Assembly (NCBI RefSeq): GCF_018350175.1
Contig: NC_058377.1
Coordinates: 101,246,001-101,310,000 of the forward strand
Reading direction: 5' to 3'
Origin: Felis catus
Taxonomy: Eukaryota
DNA: 64,000 nucleotides
Every line of letters starts with the position of its first letter. The stretch's first letter is position 1. Below the pieces are notes generated by a model that was given only the letters and a program-made list of their open reading frames with translations, was not told where the DNA came from and searched no databases. The translations under genes were made by a program, and so were the position numbers. This document shows positions 11,965 through 25,300 of this stretch, piece by piece.

Positions 11965-12165
11965 GGGGCACTTGAGTGGCTCAGTCAGTTGGGCGACTGA
12001 CTTCGGCTCCAGTCATGATCTCACAGTTTGTGAGCTCAAGCCCCGAGTCGGTCTCTGTGATGACAGCTCAGAAGCTGGGTCCTGCTTCGGATTCTGTGTC
12101 TCCCCTCCCCTGTTCACGCTCTGTGTCTCTCTGTCTCTCAATAATAAATAAATGTTAAAAAAAAA
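11965..12165 (+). mobile_element. CAN-SINE
   Basis: TSD ttttaaaagaaatattt. Confidence 0.93.
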
Positions 12166-12504
12166 TTTTAAAGAAATATTTCCAGGAATTGGGAGAGACA
12201 TATGTTTAAAAAAAGTAAATAAACTTGAACAAAGTAATAAAATACAGCTGAGAGAAGTAAATTGATCCTTCTTATCCTTTGGTTTCTGTTTTTGCTTTGT
12301 GCCTGGGTATGTTGGGGTATAGTGGATCACTGCATTTTGAAGAACTATAATCCAGATAGTTAAAATCCTCTTCAAAGCCAAGTGAATAAAATTGAACTGA
12401 AAAATATATTTAAATTAAAACTCCTTACTACTGTCTGATTTAAAAAAAACATATAATACTGATGAATTTACATTCTGAACACTAAATATGATTGACATTA
12501 TTTT

Positions 12505-12749
12505 ATTTTATTTTTAATTTTAAAAAATTTTTTAACTTTTAATTTTTTTAATGTTTATCTATTTTTGAAAGAGAGAGACAGAGCTTGAGCAGGGAGGGAT
12601 AAAGAGAGAGGGAGACACAGAATCTGAAACAGGCTCCAGGCTCTGAGCTGTCAGCACAGAACCCAACACAGGGCTCGAACTCCTCAACTGTGAGATCATG
12701 ACCTGAGCTGAAGTCGGACACTTAACCAGCTGAGCACCCCCCATGCCCC
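12505..12749 (-). mobile_element. CAN-SINE
   Basis: Antisense body; TSD tgattga(c/a)attatttt. Confidence 0.93.
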
Positions 12750-13222
12750 TGATTGAAATTATTTTAATGAAATTAATATAATTTATATAACTTTTCAGTG
12801 AAAGACCCAGAGGACAGTGATTGATATTTTCGTGTTGATTCATAAATTTACTGGAGGATTTTCTTTTTTCCTTACTCTCTCAGTCTTCTTTACTGTGTAT
12901 AATATATGTCCTGTACTGTGATATCATTAGACATTCCAGGGATCATGTTTGTGAGAAATCCTTGTATCATTAGAGGGAAATTTTTGTTGTTGTAATAGAC
13001 TTTTTTGCTGTTTTTTGAGAGTTTTTGATCAGTGAGTATACACCAATCTCTATTGTACAATTTTGAATAGAGGTAACCAGATGGTATTATGGACCTATTA
13101 AACCAGCATCACCAGAAAAAGGTCAATAAATCCATATTTTAATCAGCTCTATGGCTGATTTCGACACTTACCCTTAGGAATGAGTCTTGACAAATAGTCA
13201 AAGAACTAAACTGGAAGAGATA

Positions 13223-13666
13223 TGGGCATCTGTCATTTCATTGCATTTTGCTTTATTGCACCTCACAGACATTCCTGTTTTTAAAAATGTTTGTGGCAAC
13301 CCTGTTTTGAGCAAGTCTAGCAGCATGATTTTTCCAAAATCATTTGCTTACTTTGTGTCTCTGGCACATTTTGGTAATTCTTGTGATATTCCAAACGTTT
13401 GTTATGGTAATCTGTGGCCAGCGGTTATGAATTACTGAAAGTTCCGTTGATGGTTAGCATATTTTAGCAAGACAGTTTTTTTAATTAAGTTATGTACATT
13501 GTTTTTTAGACATACTGCTATTGCACACTTAATAGACTATAGTGTAAACATAATTTTTATATGCCCTAGGAAAACAAAAAAAATTCATTTGATTTGCTTT
13601 ATTGTGATACTTTATTTATAAACAGTGGTGTGCAACCTAACCTTCAAAATCTTTGAGGTATGCCTG
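13223..13666 (-). mobile_element. Tigger1-type DNA transposon, internally deleted, both ends kept
   Basis: Right TIR gaggtatgcctg+TA; left ta+tgggcatct; tgtggcaaccctg..gagcaagtct and cacttaatagacta internal Tigger1 text. Confidence 0.8.
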
Positions 13667-13987
13667 TATATGGAAAATCATGTTAACCTGCTATGGGTAT
13701 GTTCACTTTACTTATAAATGAATTCCAGTGTTGAAGATCTTCAAGTATAGGCACTAAATATTTAGGCATAAGAATTATGATATAAGAAAAGAAATGCAAT
13801 CCTACAAAACAAAATTAGACTCATAGACATGAAAGAATTGTAATTGAGGTATCCTTAGATTACCTGCCCCCCAAATCCTTTTTAAACTCTTCCCTACTAA
13901 TTTCCTTCTTAATTAAGTTAAATTCTTTCTAAACTACCCAATTTGGGGAGAAGAAATATGAGGCATCCCAGAGAAATATTGGGTATT

Positions 13988-14118
13988 TTTTTAAGTTTAT
14001 TTATTTTGAGAGAGAGAGAGACAGAGAGGGAGTGGGGTAGGGGGGAGAGAGGCAGAGAGAGAATCCCAAGCCAAGGTTAAGAGGCAGATGCTTAGTCAAT
14101 TGAGACACCCAGGCTCCC
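13988..14118 (-). mobile_element. CAN-SINE, internally deleted
   Basis: T tail, (GA)n, gagaatcccaagc, cacccaggctcccc. Confidence 0.8.
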
Positions 14119-14376
14119 CGAAAATGTTTTCTTTTATCAGTTATACTAACATCGTGACAAAGCCTTTAGTGGATACTTTGCATTGTCCCTTGTTTCCTTT
14201 AATTTGTTGTAAAATTATTGATGAATGGTCCTAGTTTTAGAATGGACAGCTAGAGCAGATGCTTTAGTAAGCAAGGAGACCACAAAGTCCTTTGGAATCT
14301 TCTTATTACCCTGAACTTAGGTATGGGAATGTATAGATCCACTAAATAATAGGAAAGAATAAAATTATGTAGTCTT

Positions 14377-14600
14377 TATTTTTTTAAGTTTATTTATTTA
14401 TTTTGAGAGAGAGAGAGAGAAAGAGAGAGAGAACATGAGCAGGGGAGAGGCAGAGAGAGAGAGAGAGAGAGAATCCCAAGCAGTCTCTGCACTGTCATCA
14501 TAGAGCCTGACATGTAGCTTCAACTCTTGAACCATGAGATCATGACCTGAGCTGAAATCAAGAGTCAGATGCTTAACTGACTGAGCCACCCAGGCATCCC
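14377..14600 (-). mobile_element. CAN-SINE
   Basis: Antisense body ending caggcatccc. Confidence 0.92.
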
Positions 14601-15102
14601 ATGTAGAGTCTTTTAGTATGCACCCACTGTTGATGTTAAAATATTATTGATCTAGTCTAATGTTACAAGATGGAAATCCTTAATTTACTACACTTGTCTG
14701 ATCAGCCAAGCTCTGTTCACTGAGCATGGTTTTATTATACATTTATTCACAGACACTATGCCTTATAAATCTTGTTTGTGATGAGACATGAGTGAGGAAA
14801 TGGATGCTTAGGAGGAGCTAAGCCATGAAATACTTATGGATACTGACAGTGATTGCTATAAGTCTGAATAGGAAGGTATGGATTGACATTAAACAGGACC
14901 ATCGGGTAAATATACATGCAGGATTCATGGAATAAAGTTTCTGGACTCCCAGATAAAATGTAGGTATGGTTTTCCATGACCGTTTATAAAATGTCTTCTA
15001 TCAGTTGTATTTTATTTAATTGTTTTACCTGATACAATATTTTAAGATTAAAAAAAAAAGAATTGAGGAATCGAATGTAATTTCTGAACTCTTTACATAT
15101 TT

Positions 15103-15308
15103 CTTTTTATTTTTTAATGTTTATTTATTTTTGAGAGACAGAGAGAGAGAGCGCATGAATGGGGGAGGAGCAGAGAGAGAGGGAGACGCAGAATCCAAAG
15201 CAGGCTCCAGGGTCTGAGCTATCAGTACAGAGCCAGATGCGGGGTTCGAATTCAGGAACCATGAGATCATGACCTGAGCTGTAGTCAGACACTTAACCGA
15301 GGTGCCCC
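15103..15308 (-). mobile_element. CAN-SINE
   Basis: TSD actcttta(c/a)atattt. Confidence 0.92.
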
Positions 15309-15333
15309 ATACTCTTTAAATATTTCTGATTCA

Positions 15334-15556
15334 GAGGTGCCTGGGTGGCTCAGTCAGTTAAGTGTCTGACTTTGGTTCGGGTCATGATCTCATGGTTCCC
15401 GAGTTCGAGCCCTGCATCCGGCTCTGTGCTGACAGCTCAGAGCCTGGAGCATTCTTCAGATTCTGTGTCTCCCCGTCTCTCTGCCCCTTCCCTGCTCATA
15501 CTCCATCTCTCTCTCTCTCTCTCTCTCAAAAATAAATAAACATTTAAAAAATAAAC
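15334..15556 (+). mobile_element. CAN-SINE
   Basis: TSD aaatatttctgattca. Confidence 0.93.
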
Positions 15557-16740
15557 AAATATTTCTGATTCATTAGTAAGAGTGTCCTTTTAATTACATT
15601 CAGCATTGAATGCCTTGTTCAGAATCACTGCTCCTCAGGATTTTGTTAGTTTAAGTGTTGTACTGTACATAATGGACAAGCATCTCAATGCCAAACCTCA
15701 AGTCGCGGCATTTTATAACAAGACACAAGTAGAGATGGGATATTTAGCCAATTGTACCAGATGTGTTCCCCAAACAGGGACAAGGAAGAAAAAGGCAGTA
15801 TACATTCAAAGTATTATTTAATATCTGGAGCATGTAGTTCAAACATATACAATTCCCTATCTTGATCTTTCCCTAGCTTGATCATCATTTACACAATGTA
15901 AGCAGCATGTGATTTTTAAGCCTTTGCTATATTTTCTCCTTCACAGTGTCTTTTTAATACATCATGGAAAAGAAATGTAAGACTCCATCCCCTTCTTCAT
16001 TATATCGCAGCCCAGTGTTATAGTTAACTTTTTGCTCAAAGGATAGGAGAAAATTTTAAATTCATAGCCAGTATATAAAATTCACGTATCCACACTTCAT
16101 TCCCCATGCACCATTGGCAACATATTTCTTATTCATCATCTAGGTCAAAGTGACTAGGATGGAAACTAATGCCCAGAGCTTTTACCAAATGCCCTGCGCA
16201 TACAGTATTAAGGGGGAGGTCCTTAAAGGAAATAGATACTCATCTCACAGGAAGTTATGAGAGTTTTAAAAATGTAATTCACACTTGCCCTTTAAAGCAA
16301 ATCTCAAAGATTGACACTAATCATCTACTACCACAAAAATAATGTTTAAAAATTAACTAATCATAATATTTTAAGAGTTAGGAGAACCTTAGAGCAATAA
16401 TACTATACTAATGGCAGAGATATAGATATGCAGTTCTTTACAAACAGGGAATCACATCAATAAACCTTCAAAGCTTTCTCGAGGTATCAATTGAACAGGG
16501 ACTGTAATTTTTCTAATAATCTTGCTTGCATCATGCTGTGAGGCAAGATCTTTTGGGACAGAGACACTAATAAATACGTGCAGTCACCTGCTATTCAGAC
16601 CCATTGTGTGAAGAAAGAGGAGCGCCTTCTACCTGGGTAGATAAGAAGAAAATATTTCAAAATGGTAGGCTTTGACTTATTGACTTATTAACAATCCTGT
16701 AGCAGCTCAAGATAAGAATTTTAAAAATTAAATAGAGTAG

Positions 16741-16950
16741 AGGGTGCCTGGGTGGCTCAGTCAGTTAAGCATCTGACCTCAGCTCAGGTCATGATTTCAT
16801 GGTCTGTGAGTTCATGCCCCACATTGGGCTCTGTGCTGACGACAGCTGAGAGCCCTGAGCCTGCTTTGGATTCTGTCTCCCTCTCTCTCTCTGCCCCTCC
16901 CCCACTCACGCTCTGTCTCTCTCAAATAAATAAATGTGAATTTTTTTTAA
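16741..16950 (+). mobile_element. CAN-SINE
   Basis: TSD ttaaatagagta. Confidence 0.92.
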
Positions 16951-17721
16951 TTAAATAGAGTATAACATGATGGACTAGTGCATTTTGTAAAATAAAAGTA
17001 AACTGTTTTCTCTGATTTTGCATTAGATATATTTATATTTATATGTGTTTCTTTTTGGATTTAAATATATATTTATTTATACATATTTTTATTTTTAGAT
17101 TATATATTTTATATGTATTTTATTTCATATATAATTTCTTTTCAGATTAAAGAAAATAAAAATTTCAGTTCAGAATCTCTGAAGAAATTTGGAAAAATCA
17201 GGCCCGTGATTTATCAGATTATAATCTATGCCAAAACTGTGTCTCTGCATTTATTATAGCTAGAGAATTCACGCAGGATTAGTGGGGAGTATATTGGACA
17301 AAGATCACCAGTGTGTCTTTAGAAATATTCCAAAGCAATGACTGTAACATAAGAATAAGAGGAAGAAATATTCAAATATAATTATTATGATATTAATCTC
17401 AAAATAGTTACGAATGTTACTATTTATTCCTTTATTATCTAACACGTAGAAGAGACTGCACTAGGAAATGACAAAAAACCATCATGGCTCTCAATTTTAA
17501 AATGTCTAACTAACCTCTAGAAAGGGAAGATGTATGGATACAGATGGTCGTTATACACGTGGCGAGAACTATAAATGAATTATGTCTCAAGTGATTCTAG
17601 AAAAAACATATGAAATATGTTAACATGGGAAGTAGCTCTTCACAGAATAGATGATGTTTCAACAGGCATTAAGGATAAAAGAATGTTCCTTTCATCATCC
17701 ATTTTTCATGTAAAGAAGAGT

Positions 17722-17860
17722 ACAGTAAAACCTTGGATTGCAAGTAACTTGTTCTGTGAGTGTTCCACAAGATGAGCAAACATTTATAATAATTTAATTT
17801 GATAAATGAGTGATGTCTTGCAATGCAAGCAGTACATGATGCTGAAAGTAACATGATCAC
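17722..17860 (-). mobile_element. One end of a Tigger/pogo-type non-autonomous DNA element, same family as 52947-53174
   Basis: tacagtaaaaccttggattgcaagt; following about 130 nt resembles the reverse complement of 53050-53174. Confidence 0.7.
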
Positions 17861-19190
17861 GAATAAGCCAAAGGGTCTTCAATCTTTCTCTCTCTCTCTC
17901 TCACTGCGGGATTGTGGGTGATTGTCTCCCATGCTTGGATGCTCAGTCTCAGGCTCTTGTGCCTGGCAGAAATCAGTGATTTTTCAGAACGTTGGATGGA
18001 GCCCACAACTGGCGCTAGTGTATTTTTTGTCACTTCCAAGCACCTACGGACAGTCCTTTGCTTTTCCATACAAGACTAAGCTTGGGAATGTTTTGCTTCA
18101 TTCTAGATCATTGGATAAGTTCTTTGTTAAAGTTGCAGGAAAATAAAAAGATTCCATTGAGCCAATAGATAGCAGTGGTTCCATTAGTTATAGTGAAAGT
18201 TGTCCCAGACAATAACCCTCCTGGCATTCATCTCCCTCACATCAACCAAGAAGGTTTTCAAAGGTAAATGCAGGTTAATTGTTTATTTGTCTTTATATTT
18301 TGTATTTTCTTTATTATTCTGTATTATATTACAGTATTGTAATTCATTTTTATATGAATATTTTGGAGTTTTACAACGAATGATCTGAGTTTCCATTATT
18401 TCTTACAGGGAAATTCACTTTGATAAACAAGTGCTTTAAATTACAGGCTTATTTCTGGAATGAATTATGCTTGCAAACGAAGGTTTTACTGCACTAGGAA
18501 TGGCAAGAACAAAGTAGAGAAGCAAGGAAGGGCATGCTGTTATTGACAAGTGGAGACCAGTTTGATTAACTGAACCAATGGATGTCCACTGCTGGTAGAG
18601 AGAATTGAATGGAATTGTGATTATAAAAATATTAAGGGATGAGATTATAAAAATTTACATACACTTTTAAATATAATTCATGCTTTACTTTTAATACAAA
18701 GTAAAATGGTTTGTCTGTACAAATGTCAGAATTTTGTGTGTTGTAGTGAAGCAAAACAATTGAGAAGAAAAGAGACCAGAAAATAAAGGAAATTGAGGTA
18801 AAGTTTTCTTTCCAGTCTAGTCTACTGCCTATTCTTTGGCTGCTCTGTTTTCAGACAGTATTGCTTGGAAATGAATGGTTCTCAATATATATTATTGGAA
18901 GAGTGAATGAGTTAATTGAGATAGGCTCCTAAGGGAGTAGCAGTTGGACATAACCAAGAAAAGGGTGGAATGTGCACAGTCTTGCTTATTGATCAGGGTG
19001 GGAGGTGTTGCTTAGATCTGTTTATAGGTAAGTTGCTCATCTACTCAGATTAGTGAGATTGGTGATGGTGTGTGTTATGCTAGAGTGTAGCTTTTGGAAC
19101 TGTGTTGTAACTACTAGTAAGTAGATCATGATTCCATTTTTAGAATCTTAACTGTAATATTTCAATTAATTAGAATAGAACAGATTCTTT

Positions 19191-20139
19191 GTTTAAAATA
19201 TTTTTTGTATTTATATATTTTTCTATTTTTTTTAAAATTTACATCCAAATTAGTTAGCATATAGTGCAGCAATGATTTCAGGAGTATATTCGTTAATGTC
19301 CCTTACCCATTTAGCCCATCCCCCTTCCCACAACCCCTCCAGTAACCCTCTGTTTGTTCTCCATATTTAAGAGTCTCTTATGTTTTGTCCTCCTCCCTGT
19401 TTTTACATTATTTTTGCTTCCCTTCCCTTATGTTCATGTGTTCTGTGTCTTAAAGTACTCATATGAGTGTAGTCGTATGATATTTGTCTTTCTCTAATTT
19501 CACTTAACATAATACCCTCTAGTTCCATCCACATAGTTTCAAATGGCAAGATTTCATTCTTTTTGATTGCTGAGGAATACTCCATTGTATACATATACCA
19601 CATCTTCTTTATCCATTCATCCATCAATAGACATTTGGGCTTTTCCATACTTTGGTTATTATTGATAGTGCTGCAATAAACATTGGGTGCATGTGCCCCT
19701 TCGAAATAGCACACCTGTATCCAGTGGATAAATGCCTAATAGTGCAATTGCGGGGTCATAGGGTAGTTCTATTTTTAGTTTCTTGAGGAACCTCCATACT
19801 GTTTTCCAGAGTGGCTGCACCAGCTTGCATTCCCACCAGCAATTCAAAAGAGATCCTCTTTCTCCACATCCCCACCAACATCTATTGTTGCCTGAGTTGT
19901 TAATGTTATCCATTCTGACAGGTGTGAGGTGGTATCCCATTGTGGTTTTGATTTGTATTTCCCTGATGATGAGTGATGTGGAGCATTTTCTCATGTGTCA
20001 GTTGGCCATCTGGATGTCTTCTTTGGTGAAGTGTCTATTCATGTCTTTTGCCCATTTCTTCACCAGATTCTTTGTTTTTCGGGTGTTGAATTTGAGAAGT
20101 TCTTTATAGATTTTGGGTCTTAACTCTTCATCTGATATG
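19191..20139 (-). mobile_element. 5'-truncated cat-type L1 (ORF2 C-terminus + 3'UTR)
   Basis: ORF2 remnants [39 protein letters not shown]; degenerate TSD tagaacagattcttt (19176-19190)/tagaacagtttctatt (20140-20155). Confidence 0.93.
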
Positions 20140-20354
20140 TAGAACAGTTTCTATTCGAACACAAAAGAACATGCAAGGTAAGTGCATGCCGGGTAATGAG
20201 AGTATCATTCTGGATATATTTATTAATTTCATTGCCATCATGTAATAACTATTTATTTCTGTGGTTTGTGACACAAAAATGTTGAGTCTGAAAGCTAATA
20301 GTCTACAGAAAGATCTTTTATGAGCAGACCAATAAATAAAAATGTTATTTTATT

Positions 20355-20527
20355 GCCACCCCCCTTTTTAGAGTGTGGTGGGAGAGGGGCAGAGGAAGAG
20401 AGAGAGAGAATGAATCTTAAGCCCTGAGCATGGAGCCCAACTCAGAGCTCAATCCACAATGCTGGGATCATGACCTGAGCCAAAATCAAGAGTTGGAAAC
20501 TCAATCAACTGAGCCTCCAGGCACCCC
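20355..20527 (-). mobile_element. CAN-SINE
   Basis: Antisense body ending caggcacccc. Confidence 0.85.
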
Positions 20528-21019
20528 ATTATTTTCCCTTTCTCATTCCTTTCTCCTTTTAAAAAAACATTTTGCTTAGATTGACTTTCATTTTTAATAT
20601 GAAAATTAGATATCTGGAATAGATGGGTTGCTAATTCTTATTTATCTCAATTTCCATCTTGCTGTAATTAGACATTAAAACTCCATGAATATTAATGTTT
20701 TAGAAAGGAACATACAATTTATTTATGATAAAATTAAAGTAAATAAGTATTTCTTAAAAGTTTTTACTTACCACACAGTGTTTCCCAATATACATACTGA
20801 TTGAAACAAACAAAAAATAACTAAAATGCATTTTTGGATAAGTTGAATAGTAGTTGTTAGAGCTACAAAAGAGCTATTAGTAAACTCTGGATAAAATTTG
20901 AAGAAACATAAGTTTTTATTAGATTTGTATATTTATTCCCTGTTCAATTTCCAGAGTGTATAAAGCAGTTTGCATGAGTTTATCTAAGAAAGATTTGTTT
21001 TCATTTCTCAGGTATGAAG

Positions 21020-21130
21020 ATGAGACAGAGAGATAGAAGGAGGGAGAGAGAAAGAGGGAGACAGGGAGAGTGAGAGACAGTCAGAGAGAGAGGGAGAGAA
21101 AGAGAGAGGGAGAAGAAAAGAAGAGAGATG
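21020..21130. repeat. GA-rich low-complexity repeat
   Basis: gagacagagagatagaaggagggagagagaaagaggg... Confidence 0.85.
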
Positions 21131-21539
21131 ACATTTAACATTAACAGTATGAACACAGTTCTATAATTCTTATGCTTTCCTAAAATAGATTTCCATAAAT
21201 TATATTTAGATGTTCAATAGTTCAATTAGGAAAGTCAGTCAAAATGAATAAGAAAAATAAATATCCAACCTAAAGTAAGAAAATGAGGATGAATACAAAA
21301 ACATAATTTAAATTTATATTTCCTTAATAAAAGGTAAAAAGAATTGAAAGAAACATAAATTGATTTATAAAGAGACATACATTTTCAAATCTCTTGGGAA
21401 GAAAATATCAGTTTATTTTCATTCGTAATATATTGTAAAATTTGTGAGGGTTCATTCCCTTGGATCATGTAGGTTCATGTTTCAGAGATAACGATGTGTG
21501 GGCAGTGTGATAGAAAGCAAAATTTGAAAATGATGAGAT

Positions 21540-21715
21540 AAGGTCTCCTGAGTTAAAAACATACCAGTGTGAAACCAAACTACCTATACTCAGACCAGTT
21601 ATCTGCTTTTGTTTCAGGTGTTACTACTTCAGTTTCCTCTTCCTCGTGTGTAAAGTGGGCATTACAATATGGTTTTTACATAAAGGTCTAGCAAGATCAA
21701 ATGAGACCAATAAAC
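21540..21715 (+). mobile_element. MIR fragment
   Basis: cttcagtttcctc..tgtaaagtggg..gatcaaatgaga core. Confidence 0.55.
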
Positions 21716-22073
21716 ATCTATCTCATTGTACCTTCTCTACCCATTTTTAGTATTTGAATTGTTAATATAACTATGAAGATTATTCTGCAACCTAGAAGGG
21801 ACTTTAAGTGCCAAATTATTAAAGTAAGATAAAAAATACAAACTATTTTTCTGTCAGCTTTGGGACAACAATGTGGACTATTCCATGGGTCCCATCTTTC
21901 TATAGACAATGGATTTGAGAGAAGGGAAATATGCCTTTCCCGCATATATTTCTTTCTGTTCTCCATCTCATTCCCAGAATCACAATATGCTAACAATCAC
22001 TATTTTGGCAACTAAACCTCTTCACAAGACAGTAAAGTATAAAATTACTACTCATGGGAGCAGCAATTTGAAT

Positions 22074-22102
22074 TTAACTCTTTTCTCTGCTTTCCTATGC
22101 AG
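22074..22102 (+). promoter_or_regulatory. 3' splice acceptor of the OR8U-like coding exon
   Basis: ttaac branch motif, pyrimidine tract, CAG ending 22102, 15 nt before the ATG. Confidence 0.7.
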
Positions 22103-22117
22103 AAGCCTTGGAAAGAT

Positions 22118-23077
22118 ATGGCTCAGATAAATTGCACCCACGTAAAGGATTTTATTCTCACGGGCCTCACAGATCGAAAGGAATTAAAGACGCCCTTCTT
22201 TGTGGTTTTCTTATCTATCTACCTCTTCACAGTAGTTGGTAACCTCGGCTTGATCCTAGTCATTAGAACAGACTCAAGACTCAACACACCGATGTACTTC
22301 TTTCTTAGCAACCTGGTGTTTGTTGACTTTTGCTACTCTTCTGTCATTACACCCAAAATGCTTGGGAATTTCTTGTACAAACAAAATGTTATCTCTTTCA
22401 ATGCATGTGCTGCTCAATTAGGCTGTTTCCTGGCCTTCATGACCGCTGAATGCTTGCTACTGGCTTCCATGGCCTATGACAGATACGTGGCCATTTGTAA
22501 CCCTCTCCTCTACCTGGTTGTCATGTCCCCAGGAATCTGCATTCAGCTTGTGGTTGTCCCCTACAGCTATAGCTTCCTGGTTGCACTATTTCATACTATC
22601 CTCACCTTTCGCCTCTCCTATTGCCACTCCAACGTCATCAATCATTTCTATTGTGATGACATGCCTCTCCTCAGGCTAACCTGCTCAGACACTCACTCCA
22701 AACAGCTATGGATCTTTGTCTGTGCTGGGATCATGTTCATTTCTTCCCTTCTGGTCGTCTTTGTCTCCTACACGTACATTATTTCTGCCATCCTGAGGAT
22801 GCGCTCAGCTGAGGGCAGGCGCAAGGCTTTCTCCACGTGTGGCTCTCACATGCTGGCGGTCACCATATTCTATGGGACCCTTATCTTTATGTACTTACAG
22901 CCAAGCTCAAACCATTCCCTAGACACGGATAAGATGGCCTCAGTCTTCTATACAGTGATCATTCCTATGTTGAACCCTTTGATCTACAGCCTTAGGAACA
23001 AGGAGGTGAAAGATGCTCTGAAGAAAGTCATTGTCAATAGAAACCAGGCTTTTGTGTTCATTAAATTAAGGAAGTAA
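22118..23077 (+). CDS. OR8U1: Olfactory receptor, family 8 subfamily U, 319 aa, intact. Likely start MAQINCT at 22118
   Basis: All OR motifs present; N-glycosylation site NCT; matches my recall of human OR8U1/U8/U9 ([31 protein letters not shown]). Exact paralog uncertain. Confidence 0.92.
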   Translation: MAQINCTHVKDFILTGLTDRKELKTPFFVVFLSIYLFTVVGNLGLILVIRTDSRLNTPMYFFLSNLVFVDFCYSSVITPKMLGNFLYKQNVISFNACAAQLGCFLAFMTAECLLLASMAYDRYVAICNPLLYLVVMSPGICIQLVVVPYSYSFLVALFHTILTFRLSYCHSNVINHFYCDDMPLLRLTCSDTHSKQLWIFVCAGIMFISSLLVVFVSYTYIISAILRMRSAEGRRKAFSTCGSHMLAVTIFYGTLIFMYLQPSSNHSLDTDKMASVFYTVIIPMLNPLIYSLRNKEVKDALKKVIVNRNQAFVFIKLRK

Positions 23078-23669
23078 CTTGAGTAAATCTAAACAGGCTT
23101 TTCTTCATGGTCTGCTCTTTAAAAACTATCAGAATGTCTGTTTTTAATATGCAACTTCTGCACATTTGTTCACCGTAGAATGAAATTTTCAAAATATTTT
23201 CACTTAAAATGAGATTTTAGATGTGAAAACAACTGTAAGAATTTATATCCATTCTCATTTTGTAATGGAAAATGTATTAAGAATAATTAATTTTTGGTCC
23301 ATAGAGAAGTACTGATTTTCTCAATTCTCAAATAAATGAAAAAAGCCTCTAATTATCTACATAACTAGTTGCAGGCAACACATGGACAAAAGTTCAGACT
23401 TTTCACCTCTCGGAAATTCCAAGTTCAGAAATCTCTGGCTACATTACCAGTATCCCACATAAAAAGCAATGATACATGGTATAAATATTCTTTTTCTGAC
23501 TTGCTAATTTCTTAGAAAAAATATGACAATATAAAGCTGTTCCATATTATAATTTAGCATACTGCATTTATTAAAAAGAATAGTACTACCTCCTAACTTT
23601 ACTTTGTGACTGATTTAACACAACTTTCTACTGACTTGTAAGCCTGGATTGGTCCCAAAAGACTCTTTT

Positions 23670-23897
23670 TTTTATTTAAAAAAAAATTTTTTTTTTCAAT
23701 GTTTATTTATTTTTGGGACAGAGAGAGACAGAGCATGAACGGGGGAGGGGCAGAGAGAGAGGGAGACAGAATCGGAAACAGGCTTCAGGCTCTGAGCCAT
23801 CAGCCCAGAGCCTGACCCGCGGCTCGAACTCACGGACCGCGAGATCGTGACCTGGCTGAAGTCGGAAGCTTAACCAACTGCGCCACCCAGGCACCCC
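23670..23897 (-). mobile_element. Young feline CAN-SINE
   Basis: CpG-rich body; TSD aaaagactctttt. Confidence 0.96.
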
Positions 23898-24417
23898 CAA
23901 AAGACTCTTTTTGTAAAGAGCAGTAAACTGTTTTTTTTTAAGCCTATGAGAGCTCACTATATTTTTTCCAATTATCTAAATTAAAAAATAATAATAAGTA
24001 GGCAGTTCAGGGATAGCATCCCAAGGGCATCATCCATTCCATATAAATATACTTAAAATAATGGAAAATCATAAACATTTGGCCAGTAGCAAGGATCATA
24101 TGATTCATAGTGGGCAAACCTTCAGTAAGTTGGTCTTTATTAATCAAGGTATAGCTTAAAACAAAAGGAACCCATTGGACAATGTAGCCTGTGTGTGGGC
24201 TTTCACTAGCTTATCAATTAAATGAGGACAATGATACTCATTTTGGAGTCTTCTTAAGGATTAAACAACATGGAAAGGGTAACTGTCAATAATGGGTACT
24301 TGTATATCTTCTTTCTACGAACCTAAAGACCTGAGTCCTAGTTCCAGCTGTACTGATGAACTTGAGGGGGCAATATATAAATAAGGATTACCACACACAA
24401 CTGATAACTGTGATATA

Positions 24418-24502
24418 GATACATAGATATAGATACAGATGTATAGATTATATAATATCTATATACAGATATTACATATAATATACAATAGATATAGATA
24501 TG
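24418..24502. repeat. ATAGAT/AT-rich simple repeat
   Basis: atagatacatagatatagatacagat... Confidence 0.75.
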
Positions 24503-24987
24503 CATGCATCTGTTTCAAATAAATGCAACAATAATTTTATGTTTAATGACATAGAGAATGATTTTTAGTTTGCCACTCATGCATATCATTTAATTATTTT
24601 TTTCAGTCTAGGGGTCATAGAAATGCTTAATGACAAAAAACTAGGATGTTATTAAGCGCTAGAGAGAGAAGATCATGTTTAAACTTGCCTTAGGTCAAGG
24701 TTCACTTTTGATCTTACTATACATTTTGATGGATCATAGAGACACAGGGCTACTCTGATCCAAGGTTCTCAAAAGTTTATTCCTTGTCTTTTCATGAAAC
24801 ACATTTATCTACTATTTGAACATTTCAGTGCTCCCTGTTTTTTTTTTTACAAAACTCCTGCAGCAGGTTGTGAGTCTGTATTCTATATACCAAAAGCCTA
24901 TCATTAACATCTTTGACTTCACAATCTCCTGCCTTGTCAGGCTGTGGGTTCACTGTGCCACCACTATGCTATTAAAAAGCATGGATT

Positions 24988-25110
24988 GAGGGAGCTAACT
25001 AGCTCAGTCAGTAGAGCATGTGACTCTTAATCTCATGGTTGTGAGTTCAGATCCCCATGTTGGGTGTAGAGTATACTAAAACAAAACCAAACAAAAAACA
25101 AAACAAAACA
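24988..25110 (+). mobile_element. Short tRNA-Lys(CTT)-derived carnivore SINE (tRNA-like, not a tRNA gene)
   Basis: ctagctcagtcagtagagcatgtgactcttaatctcatggttgtgagttc resembles tRNA-Lys-CTT; followed by tagagtatactaaaac, A-rich tail; TSD aa(g)catggatt. Confidence 0.8.
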
Positions 25111-25124
25111 AACATGGATTCTTT

Positions 25125-25300
25125 GGAGTCTACAAGCCCGAATGTGAATAGTGGGTCTAACATTTGCTGAATGAAAAGATCTTAGACAATTTAGTATGCT
25201 TACATATGCCTCAGTTTCCTCAGCAGTTAAGAAGATGAAAAAAGTATTGATGAATCAATCTATTACCATAGGATTTTAACAGGCAAAGGATAAAAAAAAA
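25125..25300 (+). mobile_element. MIR fragment
   Basis: tgcctcagtttcctcagcagttaa core. Confidence 0.6.

Noticed and set aside
24988-25065. tRNA-Lys(CTT) gene
   Set aside because: Stems are degraded, and it is followed by a SINE tail and TSD; SINE-derived.
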